DNA of 64,000 nucleotides from Polyangiaceae bacterium (GTDB lineage Bacteria; Myxococcota_A; Polyangia; Polyangiales; Polyangiaceae): NCBI GenBank assembly GCA_965222375.1, contig CBDCTZ010000011.1, positions 576,001 to 640,000 of the forward strand, read 5' to 3'. Shown piece by piece: positions 29,472 to 38,923 of this stretch (position 1 is its first letter; each line of letters starts with the position of its first letter). The notes under the pieces were generated by a model. It saw only the letters and a program-made list of their open reading frames with translations, ran no database searches and was not told where the DNA came from. The position numbers and the translations under genes were made by a program.

Positions 29472-32400
29472 CTACTTCGCTGTCTTGGATTGCCGCGTCC
29501 AGTAGTGGTAGCGCCACACTAGCTGAAGATCCTCGAGGTGATCCCAACGCAGGCCCGGTCGATCCCAGATCCGAAGCGTGTAGAGCCCCTGCATCGGTCG
29601 CCCTTTCAGCTCATGCTTCATGTAGGGCTCCATGAGTCCGAGATCTGTGCTTGAGGGCGGATTCGTGATGACACGCTCGGCGGCCAACATCTTCCCGTGC
29701 TCGATGTGCCCTTCGTCCATCCGGGCTGCCAGGGTGCCGCCCAGATAGTTGCGGATCGGAACGTTTCCGTCCTGGAACAGCGTGTACTCCAGGAATCCAT
29801 TGTAGTAGCAAGACGCCGCCTGCCCGTCGCAGGACGTCAACCCACTGCCCACAGCATTGATCCCCACGAGGTTGTGCCGGTAGTTGAAGTTCCCGATGGC
29901 GATTTGGCCGCTGGGAATAATCAGGCCCCGCTCGATCTCTGCGAGGTCTATGTGGAACTTCGCCTCGTAGAAACACACCTGGGGTGTGCTGTTCGGGTCC
30001 TGTCCTGCGCACTTCGCACCGATGCCATCCGCACACACGTACTCACAGCGGCGTTTGAATCTCTTACGAAGCGCCGGCCCCCGCGACTCATGGCACACGG
30101 GATCGACCACATCGCGAATGGCGTCTGTCCGGATCCACTTGGAGGCGGCGACAACCTGACCATTCTTGTCGTGATCCGCGGGCTCGACCTGAGCGGCTGC
30201 CAAGAACACGCTCGGCCACGCCGGCGCGCCGCTCACTGGCGCGGGTGGAAGGGACTGGCTCGCAATAGATGGATGGAGTTCCAAGCGGTAGCGTTCACCC
30301 GTGATGGCAAGGAACGACACTTCGCTCCGAGTCCAGCTCGTCGCGCCAGCCGAGATGAGCGTTTGCGCCACGGTAGCGCCGTCGCCGTCTCGCACGATCC
30401 GTAGCTCGGCCTGATCCCCGGCGCCGTGGCTCGAGTCCGGATCCGCCAGCGCGTGGATAGATGCCACGTGGGTTCCGGGCTTCAGGTCCAGGAGCGATTG
30501 CGTCAAGGCCCCGCCTGCGGTGTATCCAGAGACGTCTGGACACGTGCCAAGCGGACCCGCGCAAGGCTCGTGTCGGAGCTGGAACGCGCCCGCGTCCAGG
30601 GGAAGCCCCGTGGTGGTGAGCCCGCTGCCACCGGAACTCAGCTGCAGGGTCGCTTCCGTGACTCCGACGCAGCCCTTCCATTCGCCGCCGCCTGGTAGCG
30701 TTAGGCCACAACCCTGGGTGTACCAACCAACGCTGTCAGGTGTCGGATCTGGATCGTCCCCTCGGTTGAGGCCAGACGCGTAGTAGAGCCGATTGTCGCC
30801 TGGTGTCATGCATTCCGTCGAAACGCGGAAGCGGTCGTCTGCGAGGGAAATCACTGCGGTGTCATCGCTGTCGTGCAGCGGGTAGTCGATTGGGTAGCTG
30901 TTCAGGAAGTCCTCCAGCTTCCGGACGTAGTCGCCGATGTACTCGTTAGCAAAGTCGTCTCCGGGTAACGGTGTGCTGCCCACCTCGTAGCCGGCCACTG
31001 GTTGCTCCGGATCTGGTCGACGGATCTTCTCATAGTTGATGCCCTGCATCGTGCAGACATCGTTGGCCCAGCTGGCCGGTGCTTCAGCCAACGTCATCGG
31101 TTCGGTCATGCGCTGGAGATCGACGCCGAAGCGCAGTTCGATGGCGCGGCGCGCCAAGAACGCAAGCTGCCGCGCTCGCTTCAGCGCCGACTCGTAGCGA
31201 AGCACCTTCGTGTTCATGATTCGGCGCATGGCGACGTTGAGAAACTGCGGATCCTTCTTCTCCGCGGGATTGGCAAAGTCGGCCAGGTTGACGGCGGCCC
31301 GGGCCTTTCGCGCTTTGTTCTGCACCAGCTTCACGTCCGCGGTCGCCTTGGAGAGATCGTTCAACGCTCCGACCAGATTCTGTGCTGCCAATTTTGCTTG
31401 GGTCACCAGCCCGGTCATCCGAATGATGAGCTCCAACCGCTTTTGCTCCTGTCCTTCCTTGGTTGCAGCTGCCTGATGCTGGAGCGCGGCTACCTGGCTT
31501 TCGGCGGCGGCAAATAGGAGTCCGATAGACACGGCCCGTGCCGTGTCCGACGCGCCGAAGGAACTGACGATGGACACAGCGTTCGTTTCGGCGGCGAGCG
31601 CGTACGCGGATGCCGCCGTTCCCAGCCAAATCGCGTGTTCCTGTGCCCGGGCGGCGTCCAGCAGATTGGACGATTCGCGGCGGATCGAATCGTAGACTAG
31701 CAATTCGAGTGAGAGGTCCGAAGCCGAGCTCCTGAATGCGTCGAAGCTGCGCTGAATACTGAGCAGCGCGTCGTACTGTGCCTTCAGTCCATCCAGGTAC
31801 CTGCCACCGACTCCGGTGTTCGGAATGGCTTCCCCGCTGGCGAACAGCTTGATTAGGGTTGGCGATATCGGCCCGATCACGTAGCTCTCAGCCGAACGAG
31901 CCATCCGTGCGCCCAGACAATCAAGAACCCCGGCATAGTGACTTGGGGCCTTTACCGGGATGTTCTCCGGATCCAGAGCCTCATCACAGGACACAGGGAA
32001 AGCGGTCTGAGCTCGTGTACTCGCGTGGCAAGCAAGTTCCAGCGCGTCGAAGATGTTGCGCTGGGTCAGGGGATACTGGAACGGCGCGCTCCCATCGAGA
32101 ACACTTCCCTTGGTCAGGTCGAACAAGAACTGCCCGTACTTCGAGCGAGTACCGGGCCCCATCGGTGTCATCCACTTGGCAATCTGGACCCCGTCCACGT
32201 AGGTGGCACCAGGCACGGGCAGTCGTCCATAGCGCATGTAGTTCGGATCAATCTGAAGCAAGGCCGGCACGTCGTATCCGGCCTCGAGACACAGCGCGCG
32301 GTATACTGCCGACTGCGGAACTTCGCTCTTCTGGAATTTGCAGAAGTTTGACCCCGGTGCAAGCCAAAGCGCCTCGTCCACCGCATCTTGCCACGGGCTG

Positions 32401-35400
32401 TTGGCGAACTCCTTGACGCCCGCTACGCCAGGAAAGCTCGCGCCGGCCCAGCCGCTACTCGCATCCCCAACCGTGTATCCAGACGGAAATGCGTCGAAGG
32501 TAATAAACGGGTTGTTGGGGTCCTGGCTCTTCCATGTTGCGAGGGCCTGCGCAGAGGGCAGGTCGCAGTAAGTCATCTGCGGGTCGACTCCAATCTGGCC
32601 GGAAGCATCTGTGCAACTGCCGTTCTCGCACAGCACCGGAAAGCCGGAAATCACATGTGTTCCAGGGTTCCGACCGTCCAGGTACTCGTGTTGGTCGGCG
32701 ATGGTGGTCAGATCGTTCGGGATGAAGCCATTGAAGTTGATCGGGCGTCCGGACTTCAAACGGTAGAGATCCGAGCCGACCCCCGCCACGTTGGTCAGCC
32801 GAACGCAGAGAGACGTGTTCTTGTGCTTGCCCTCGCCCCAGGGCGTGGTGTAGCGCCGCCACAAGCTTCGGAACGGGTCTGCGTCCTCACGAACCGGATG
32901 GCCGAAGGAGTCGTTGATGGCGAGGAAAGGCGGAGTGCTCGAAAAGTTCTCGGCCGTGGGCGCATAAACGCGCCGCAGTTCCATCATCCCCGGCCGTTGC
33001 TTCCCGTCGGGCCCGTTGAGGCCACCGGTGATAACGCCCAGGGTCGCCACTGCTCGACGAAGCCGGCCAAAGCCCCACGCCCACCGTGCGCGAAGTGCCT
33101 CGGGCTCGGTGTCCAAAGAGATCACGCTCGGACCGCTCGACACCCCGCAGCCGTCCTTGCCAACTCCGTCCGGGCACTCGGGCACTGTGCCAGGTGGAGT
33201 CACCACGCCGGACACGAAGCACTCGACGCCGCTGTTCCAGTACTTGGATCCGGTTGCTAGGTCCTCGGGGCGGATGTTGCACGGCGCCCCCGCCTGGCTG
33301 TTGAGATCCCCAGGCTGTCGGCGTTTGGTATCGAAGATCACGGCCTCGCCGAACTTCAAACTGTAGTTGTCGGCAAAGCCTTCGGTGTAGCGGAGCTGCT
33401 GCGCGATTCGTTGGATGTCTGCGAACGGCATGCTCTGAAAGAACTGCAGGATCTTCTCCTCACGATTCGGAACGCTGCCGCTGCGTAACTCGTCGAGGAT
33501 CGTGCACTTGCTCGTTCGTAGCGTCGTATTTTGCACCGTTGCCAGGCTGAGCCTATTGCTGACCACTACTGTCTGGACCGATGCTGGCACGCCCGCGCTC
33601 TGAAGTGCAGTGGTGCAGTTGGCTTCGGTCGGGCTTGCCCCGGAAGGAAGGGCTACCACGCAGGGCACCTCATTTCCCACGCCGAGAAACGCCCGATTGC
33701 ACAGCAGCCCTTCCGCCTCCCACGCACAAACCTCCTTGTCGCCCACCGTCGCGTAGACTTCCGCTTCAAGAAGCCCGGCTGGAGACAGCGCTCCGCCACA
33801 GGCGGTCGTGTCCGGCCCGCAAAGATCCACGAGGTCTTTCTGGTACCATTCGATCCGTTCGTCTATCCGCAGCCCGTGTTCCAATATTTCTTCGCCGAGA
33901 CGATCGGCTTCATCTGATGCACTTTTTGCAAGACCGAGCCAGTGCCTATACGCCCGATCATAATTCGAGGATGTCGGATCTCCGACAATCTCCGACTCGA
34001 GGGGTGGCCAAATGTCGCTCGGCAACCCCACGCAAGTGTCCCCGGTCTGGGAACAGTCGTTGGGATTGGTTTCCAGTGAACTGCCGAGAACGTCCTCCAA
34101 CGTACCGCCCACCGGCGCCATCACCAGCCGAGTGCCCCACGAATACTCTGGCCAGGGGAAGTCATCTGCGCCTCCGATGACCAGGCTGGCTGGCTCAGGG
34201 ACGATTCCGCCCATTGGCACTGCCTTGCCCTTGTCCAGGCGGAGCACATACACGCCTTCATCTGCCGGAATGTCCGCTCCTGGCTCACCTGGCTCGGGTA
34301 AAGTCGTGAAGCTCGCATGAAGCGTGCCGCCGGACAGGTCGGTCATCCGTGGGTCGAGAGTCTCCAGGGTCCCGACGGCGTTCAGATCCACTCGGTAGTC
34401 AGCCGGATCGCAAGCTCTACCGTCAATGCTCTGAGTCGCGAGGCACTTCAGTCCGTCGTATCCGCGCACGACCACGTATTGCACCGCAGCGTTGCTGTCG
34501 GAATCCAACGGCACACCGTGGATGATCACCGCAAGCTGCTCCACAACGTTCGGGTCCGCAAGTGATGCAGAACCCACCACGAATTCGAGCCTCTGACTTC
34601 CTACCTCGACCTCCAGTATCGTCCTGAGGTCAATGAGATCCTTCTCATTCGTTGAGGTGGCTGCACCTCCCAGCCGCGCATGCGCTGAAAGATCGGAAAC
34701 GAGTTTCTTGAACGCGTCCGAAGTCTGCATCGCGCCGCTCTTGCTGTAGTCCGGGTCCCCGACGTGAGGCGTCGACTTGGTGTTGGCGCCTGTGAAGTGT
34801 GCTGTGACAACGGGAGCGGGCAGTGCCGACGGCCTGGGTACCGTCGAGTAGTAGGTGGCCAGCCCACCAGGCGCAGGTGCCGGTTCTTTGACCGCCGGCA
34901 CAGAGCCCGAAATCCTGGCCACGGCGTTCAGGTAGTCGGCGGCCTTCTCGACGTTGGCCTCCGTCACGTTGAGTGTCGCCAGCACTTCATTGGCGGGCAG
35001 CGGCGCCGAGATCCGGCCCTCGTCCATCCACTTCCTGTTCGCCGCGTTGACGAAATCGGGCACGGGAGTGCAGGTAGTGGGCGCGAGACCGATGTCCCAC
35101 ACGAATTCCAAAGCTGTCTTGGCCCCTTCGTCCTCCTGGATCGGAGGGCAGACCGGCACCGCCGCAGGTCCGATATCCGTGCCCCTGGCCGGCGTGTCGC
35201 AGGGGCCGGACAGCCGCGCCAGCGCCCCAGCTTTCATTTCGCCATGACCGAGGAAATTGGCGATACTCAGCGCGCTGTCGACCTCGCCATTCCACACTGT
35301 GGCCGTGAGGGCATCGACCGAGCCTTGACCGTGCACCTGATACTGCGCGGAATCCTTCATGGCCTCGACCGTCCGAGTCACCGCACCCGAGTGCTGGTTG

Positions 35401-36200
35401 ATGGCGTCGATCATCGTGGAAAGGTAGACGTCGGCCCAAGTTGGCGGGAGCCCAGCGCCAGGTCCGGTGTCCGGGGGAGTTAGATCCGTCGTGGGAGGAT
35501 CTCCAACCGCCGGAGCGAACTGATCGACGCAAACCGGCCCATCCGGTACCGCGCCGTAGAGCATGGCCTGTCCGATGATCCCAGCCTCGCGGTAACGAAG
35601 GCGGGCCCCTCGCAGCGCGGCGGCTCGCCCGGGAGCTTTTTGAGGTTGAATACGGATCCTCGGAGCATTCAGCGTGTCGGCTGCAACCCCACCTGCGACC
35701 AAGGCCGTTTGCAGCTCCGCGTCTGGGATCTGCAGCAACTCCTTGAAGTCGTATCCCGTTGGCACCACGGAGGTGTCCAGCACCCGCGGGATCGGAGAGC
35801 GAGCCGCCTCTTCCAGGAAGAACCCCGCACAGACCTCATTGCGTGCCCGACAAAGCGAAACTTGGCACACATCGAACGTCGGGTCGGCGACGTCTTCGCG
35901 AGTGAACTCCGCCAATGGGTCGACCCCGCCTATCAGGTCGCGCCGACAAAGAATGTTGTCCGTCGTGAAACGATCCCGCCAGCAGTACTGGCGAGCCAAG
36001 CGTTCCATGCCCGCTTGAGGCACCGGCAAGGTCACCCAGGTCTCTCCCACCTCTGCCTCGACCATCACGATCGACCGCTGGGGCAGAGGGTGAACCGCAT
36101 CTGGATCCGGTTCTGGCTCGGGCTCGGGATCGCACGCTGCGCCCAGCGCGAAACTGCCGAACGCCATGACGAACAGACTGAACCATCGATTGCTTTTCAT
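29472..36200 (-). CDS. Giant lipoprotein (2242 aa) with helical/hydrophobic hairpin region and TcA-like C-terminus
   Basis: Lipobox LGAAC; long helical region with an Ala-rich hydrophobic segment; C-terminal KGRPMQGLYTLRI...LEDLQLVWRY recalls the TcA TcB-binding domain. ORF is certain, function is inferred. Confidence 0.6.
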   Translation of the reverse strand: MKSNRWFSLFVMAFGSFALGAACDPEPEPEPDPDAVHPLPQRSIVMVEAEVGETWVTLPVPQAGMERLARQYCWRDRFTTDNILCRRDLIGGVDPLAEFTREDVADPTFDVCQVSLCRARNEVCAGFFLEEAARSPIPRVLDTSVVPTGYDFKELLQIPDAELQTALVAGGVAADTLNAPRIRIQPQKAPGRAAALRGARLRYREAGIIGQAMLYGAVPDGPVCVDQFAPAVGDPPTTDLTPPDTGPGAGLPPTWADVYLSTMIDAINQHSGAVTRTVEAMKDSAQYQVHGQGSVDALTATVWNGEVDSALSIANFLGHGEMKAGALARLSGPCDTPARGTDIGPAAVPVCPPIQEDEGAKTALEFVWDIGLAPTTCTPVPDFVNAANRKWMDEGRISAPLPANEVLATLNVTEANVEKAADYLNAVARISGSVPAVKEPAPAPGGLATYYSTVPRPSALPAPVVTAHFTGANTKSTPHVGDPDYSKSGAMQTSDAFKKLVSDLSAHARLGGAATSTNEKDLIDLRTILEVEVGSQRLEFVVGSASLADPNVVEQLAVIIHGVPLDSDSNAAVQYVVVRGYDGLKCLATQSIDGRACDPADYRVDLNAVGTLETLDPRMTDLSGGTLHASFTTLPEPGEPGADIPADEGVYVLRLDKGKAVPMGGIVPEPASLVIGGADDFPWPEYSWGTRLVMAPVGGTLEDVLGSSLETNPNDCSQTGDTCVGLPSDIWPPLESEIVGDPTSSNYDRAYRHWLGLAKSASDEADRLGEEILEHGLRIDERIEWYQKDLVDLCGPDTTACGGALSPAGLLEAEVYATVGDKEVCAWEAEGLLCNRAFLGVGNEVPCVVALPSGASPTEANCTTALQSAGVPASVQTVVVSNRLSLATVQNTTLRTSKCTILDELRSGSVPNREEKILQFFQSMPFADIQRIAQQLRYTEGFADNYSLKFGEAVIFDTKRRQPGDLNSQAGAPCNIRPEDLATGSKYWNSGVECFVSGVVTPPGTVPECPDGVGKDGCGVSSGPSVISLDTEPEALRARWAWGFGRLRRAVATLGVITGGLNGPDGKQRPGMMELRRVYAPTAENFSSTPPFLAINDSFGHPVREDADPFRSLWRRYTTPWGEGKHKNTSLCVRLTNVAGVGSDLYRLKSGRPINFNGFIPNDLTTIADQHEYLDGRNPGTHVISGFPVLCENGSCTDASGQIGVDPQMTYCDLPSAQALATWKSQDPNNPFITFDAFPSGYTVGDASSGWAGASFPGVAGVKEFANSPWQDAVDEALWLAPGSNFCKFQKSEVPQSAVYRALCLEAGYDVPALLQIDPNYMRYGRLPVPGATYVDGVQIAKWMTPMGPGTRSKYGQFLFDLTKGSVLDGSAPFQYPLTQRNIFDALELACHASTRAQTAFPVSCDEALDPENIPVKAPSHYAGVLDCLGARMARSAESYVIGPISPTLIKLFASGEAIPNTGVGGRYLDGLKAQYDALLSIQRSFDAFRSSASDLSLELLVYDSIRRESSNLLDAARAQEHAIWLGTAASAYALAAETNAVSIVSSFGASDTARAVSIGLLFAAAESQVAALQHQAAATKEGQEQKRLELIIRMTGLVTQAKLAAQNLVGALNDLSKATADVKLVQNKARKARAAVNLADFANPAEKKDPQFLNVAMRRIMNTKVLRYESALKRARQLAFLARRAIELRFGVDLQRMTEPMTLAEAPASWANDVCTMQGINYEKIRRPDPEQPVAGYEVGSTPLPGDDFANEYIGDYVRKLEDFLNSYPIDYPLHDSDDTAVISLADDRFRVSTECMTPGDNRLYYASGLNRGDDPDPTPDSVGWYTQGCGLTLPGGGEWKGCVGVTEATLQLSSGGSGLTTTGLPLDAGAFQLRHEPCAGPLGTCPDVSGYTAGGALTQSLLDLKPGTHVASIHALADPDSSHGAGDQAELRIVRDGDGATVAQTLISAGATSWTRSEVSFLAITGERYRLELHPSIASQSLPPAPVSGAPAWPSVFLAAAQVEPADHDKNGQVVAASKWIRTDAIRDVVDPVCHESRGPALRKRFKRRCEYVCADGIGAKCAGQDPNSTPQVCFYEAKFHIDLAEIERGLIIPSGQIAIGNFNYRHNLVGINAVGSGLTSCDGQAASCYYNGFLEYTLFQDGNVPIRNYLGGTLAARMDEGHIEHGKMLAAERVITNPPSSTDLGLMEPYMKHELKGRPMQGLYTLRIWDRPGLRWDHLEDLQLVWRYHYWTRQSKTAK

Positions 36201-36210
36201 CGCAGTTTCC

Positions 36211-37263
36211 TCACTTGCAGCACCGCGCCGCCTGACTGGACTGGGCCTGTTGGATCGCTCGACACGTAGCGAAGTCGTAGAATTGCGGTATGGCGGTTTG
36301 GTCACCAACCACGGGGTGGTAGGACTGGCCGATCGTTCCATCGAGCCACTCTCCGCTGGCGTGCATGTCGAAAACTGCGGAGAACGGCGTGACTACGCCG
36401 TGGCAGTCTGGCTTCGACATGACCGCTGCTCCCGAGTAGTAGCACTTACTGCTTAGCGTGTTGCCATACAGATACTCTGTCGTTCCAGCGTTCGTACACA
36501 CGTACATCCATTCACTGACGTTCGGGTCGCTGAACGCGTTGTTTGGGTCCTTGACGTCACCGCTCAGGGCACCCCCGCCACCGCGTTTTCCGCAGAGGCG
36601 CTTACCAGCCCAGTCGCAGAAGGCCTTGGCGTCACACCAGCCCAGGTCATATGCTCTTGTTTTCGGCTGGCTCAGCGCGAAGTTGTTCAAATTGGATACG
36701 TTGAGATCGTTCGTCTCGCACTCTTTGCTCTGCACGACCGGTGTCAACAAAGTGTCGTCGTAGAACTGCTTGTATTCCGACCAAGTTATCGGCCGCTGGT
36801 CGATGCAGAACTTGTTATCGATGTTGATCATCTTCGCGCCGAACTTGCTCGTGCAGTCGAGCGCCGAACCACCGCTGCCGCCGGATCCCGATGCGCCAGC
36901 CCCACCGCCACTGCCGGAGTTTCCGCTCGAGCCACTGCTGCCAGCGCTCGCGCCAACACCGGCGCCCGCGCCGACACCCGCAGTCGCGCCTCCGCCGTCG
37001 TTACTCGTGCCCCCGGTGCCGCCACTGCATTGGCACGCTTTCCACTTGCCGTCAGCGCCACAGGCTTGTCCTCCAGAACAGGCGCCCGGACCGACGCATG
37101 TGCGAGTGTCGTTAGGTTGACATGACTTGGGCTCGCTCCCGCTCGAGTCATCACCGCCACAGCTCCACGCGAACGCCAGCGCGACACAGGTCACACGCGA
37201 AAGCACCTGAACAAGACGGCTCCTGTCCCTGGGGCGGCCAACGTCCACTTCATTCCTCTTCAT
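36211..37263 (-). CDS. Lipoprotein with Cys-rich N-domain, Gly linker and FGE-sulfatase (C-type lectin fold) domain
   Basis: AWSC lipobox; FCIDQRP, WCDAKAFCDWAGKRLC, EWMYVC, FDMHASGEW, ARCCK. Confidence 0.85.
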   Translation of the reverse strand: MKRNEVDVGRPRDRSRLVQVLSRVTCVALAFAWSCGGDDSSGSEPKSCQPNDTRTCVGPGACSGGQACGADGKWKACQCSGGTGGTSNDGGGATAGVGAGAGVGASAGSSGSSGNSGSGGGAGASGSGGSGGSALDCTSKFGAKMINIDNKFCIDQRPITWSEYKQFYDDTLLTPVVQSKECETNDLNVSNLNNFALSQPKTRAYDLGWCDAKAFCDWAGKRLCGKRGGGGALSGDVKDPNNAFSDPNVSEWMYVCTNAGTTEYLYGNTLSSKCYYSGAAVMSKPDCHGVVTPFSAVFDMHASGEWLDGTIGQSYHPVVGDQTAIPQFYDFATCRAIQQAQSSQAARCCK

Positions 37264-37270
37264 GTTCTCC

Positions 37271-38371
37271 TCACTTGCAGCACCGCACACCAACCTCCTT
37301 GTGCGACAGCGTCTTGCTGTAGGCTGAAAAATCGGCGCACGGGTACAGCAGTGTTCCCTGTGATGTCTCGGTCTCGGCACCCATCAGAATGCCCAAGCTG
37401 GACTCTGCGACGGCGTCCACCCACTCAGCCGCGTTGCCCTCCATGTCGAACACCAAGGAGTAGGGAGCGAACAACCCCCGACAGTTGGGCGCCGCCATCG
37501 GCTTCTTCCCGGGAACGGCACACTTGGTTGTGTCCAGGGTGAAGCCATATGGGTGGGTCGTATTGCCGCCATTGCTGCACGCGTTTACCCACTCGCTCTT
37601 CTTGGGATCTGTGAACGCGCTCTTCGGGTCGTAGCTGTAGCCCACGAGTGGGCCGCCGCCGATCTTGCCGCACAAGCGCTTGCCGGCCCATTTGCAGAAG
37701 GCCTTCGCATCGCAGACGTCCACGTAGCCCGCGGCATCGTCAGGATTGGCGAGCCAAGCACTCTTCATCACGTTAGACGCGAGCTTGTTGCTGGTGCACC
37801 CCGCGTCCTGCGTGAAGGGATTGATCAACGTGTCTTCGTAGAACTGTCGGTACTCGGCATATGTCGCCTCTCGTTGGTCGATGCAAAACTTGCCGCCGAC
37901 ATTCACCATCTTCGACCCAAACTTGCTGGCGCAGTAGAGTCCGGTCGCGCCGCCGGTTCCGCCACCGTCGGTGGGCGCCCCGGCTCCACCACCGCTTCCT
38001 GCCGTCCCACCTGATCCTGCGTCCTGTGTCCCGCCCGCGTCCGACACGCCTCCGGCCCCCGCGCCCGCAGCAGCACCAGCGCTCGCGCCAACACCGGCGC
38101 TCGCGCCGACCCCGGCAGTTGCCCCTCCGCCGTCGGTATTCGTGCCCCCTGTGCCGCCACTGCATTGGCACGCCCTCCATTTGCGGTCGGCGCCGCAGGC
38201 TTGTCCTCCGGGACACGCGCCTGGGCCCACGCAGGTGCGGGTATCATTCTCCTGGCACGCGTCCCTGTCGCCCCCCTCCGAGTCATCCCCGCCACAGTTG
38301 GTCAGCGACGCCGTGCCCAGCAGGCACAGTGCCCACGTGATGCGCTGCAGCGAGCGCGCCATCTGTTTCAT
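37271..38371 (-). CDS. Paralogous FGE-sulfatase (C-type lectin fold) lipoprotein
   Basis: LTNC lipobox; FCIDQRE, CDAKAFCKWAGKRLC, FDMEGNAAEW, GVRCCK. Confidence 0.87.
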   Translation of the reverse strand: MKQMARSLQRITWALCLLGTASLTNCGGDDSEGGDRDACQENDTRTCVGPGACPGGQACGADRKWRACQCSGGTGGTNTDGGGATAGVGASAGVGASAGAAAGAGAGGVSDAGGTQDAGSGGTAGSGGGAGAPTDGGGTGGATGLYCASKFGSKMVNVGGKFCIDQREATYAEYRQFYEDTLINPFTQDAGCTSNKLASNVMKSAWLANPDDAAGYVDVCDAKAFCKWAGKRLCGKIGGGPLVGYSYDPKSAFTDPKKSEWVNACSNGGNTTHPYGFTLDTTKCAVPGKKPMAAPNCRGLFAPYSLVFDMEGNAAEWVDAVAESSLGILMGAETETSQGTLLYPCADFSAYSKTLSHKEVGVRCCK

Positions 38372-38434
38372 CCTTGCACCCTCGTTCTCCGTCCCCTTGG
38401 CCTCCGACCCTCGACCGCGAGCAGCAAAGGGTGG

Positions 38435-38450
38435 AGCACACGGCGTGCCA
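38435..38450 (-). promoter_or_regulatory. Sigma54 (-24/-12) promoter of the toxin operon
   Basis: Minus strand TGGCACGCCGTGTGCT = GG-N10-GC, ~65 bp upstream of ATG 38371. Confidence 0.7.
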
Positions 38451-38923
38451 TCAACAAAAGATGTGACCTTGCTGGTTCATCTGGTTCCCGCTGTGTTGTC
38501 GTCCGCTGATTGGCCCCCCCAGTTCGCGCAGTTGCGGCAGAGGTACGATACGCGAACCGGTGCTTCGCTATCCACCGCAATCCGCCGCACCACAGTTCTC
38601 AGGTGGGCGAGTGTGGGTGTAGGAATCGGGGGAATCGGAGTTATCCGGAACACATGGCCCGGCGCAATGTGCGTGCTTGTCGCACCCCGGCGCTCACACG
38701 CATGGGTCGCGGATAGACCGCTGACTTGACGGGCATCAACTGGATCGAACGAGCCGATGGCCGTGCGATTGCCCGGGAGCTTCGGCAACTTCACCGCCCC
38801 GTCGCTCCCCTGCGGGGCAGTGCGGGAGTCGCGCCCCTGGTTGACGCAGGGAAGCGACCCCCAACAAACCGGCTCCACCAGGCGACTGCTCTCAGCTCGA
38901 TCGCGGCGCTACTCGCCCCCCTG

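Noticed and set aside
19905..38371. T6SS or CDI effector locus
   Set aside because: No PAAR, VgrG, Hcp or TpsB-like gene; the RHS protein has an SpvB/TcB N-terminus and a Sec-like signal.
36211..38923. Diversity-generating retroelement targeting the FGE/CLec genes
   Set aside because: No reverse transcriptase in the window and no repeat pair differing only at adenines was seen.
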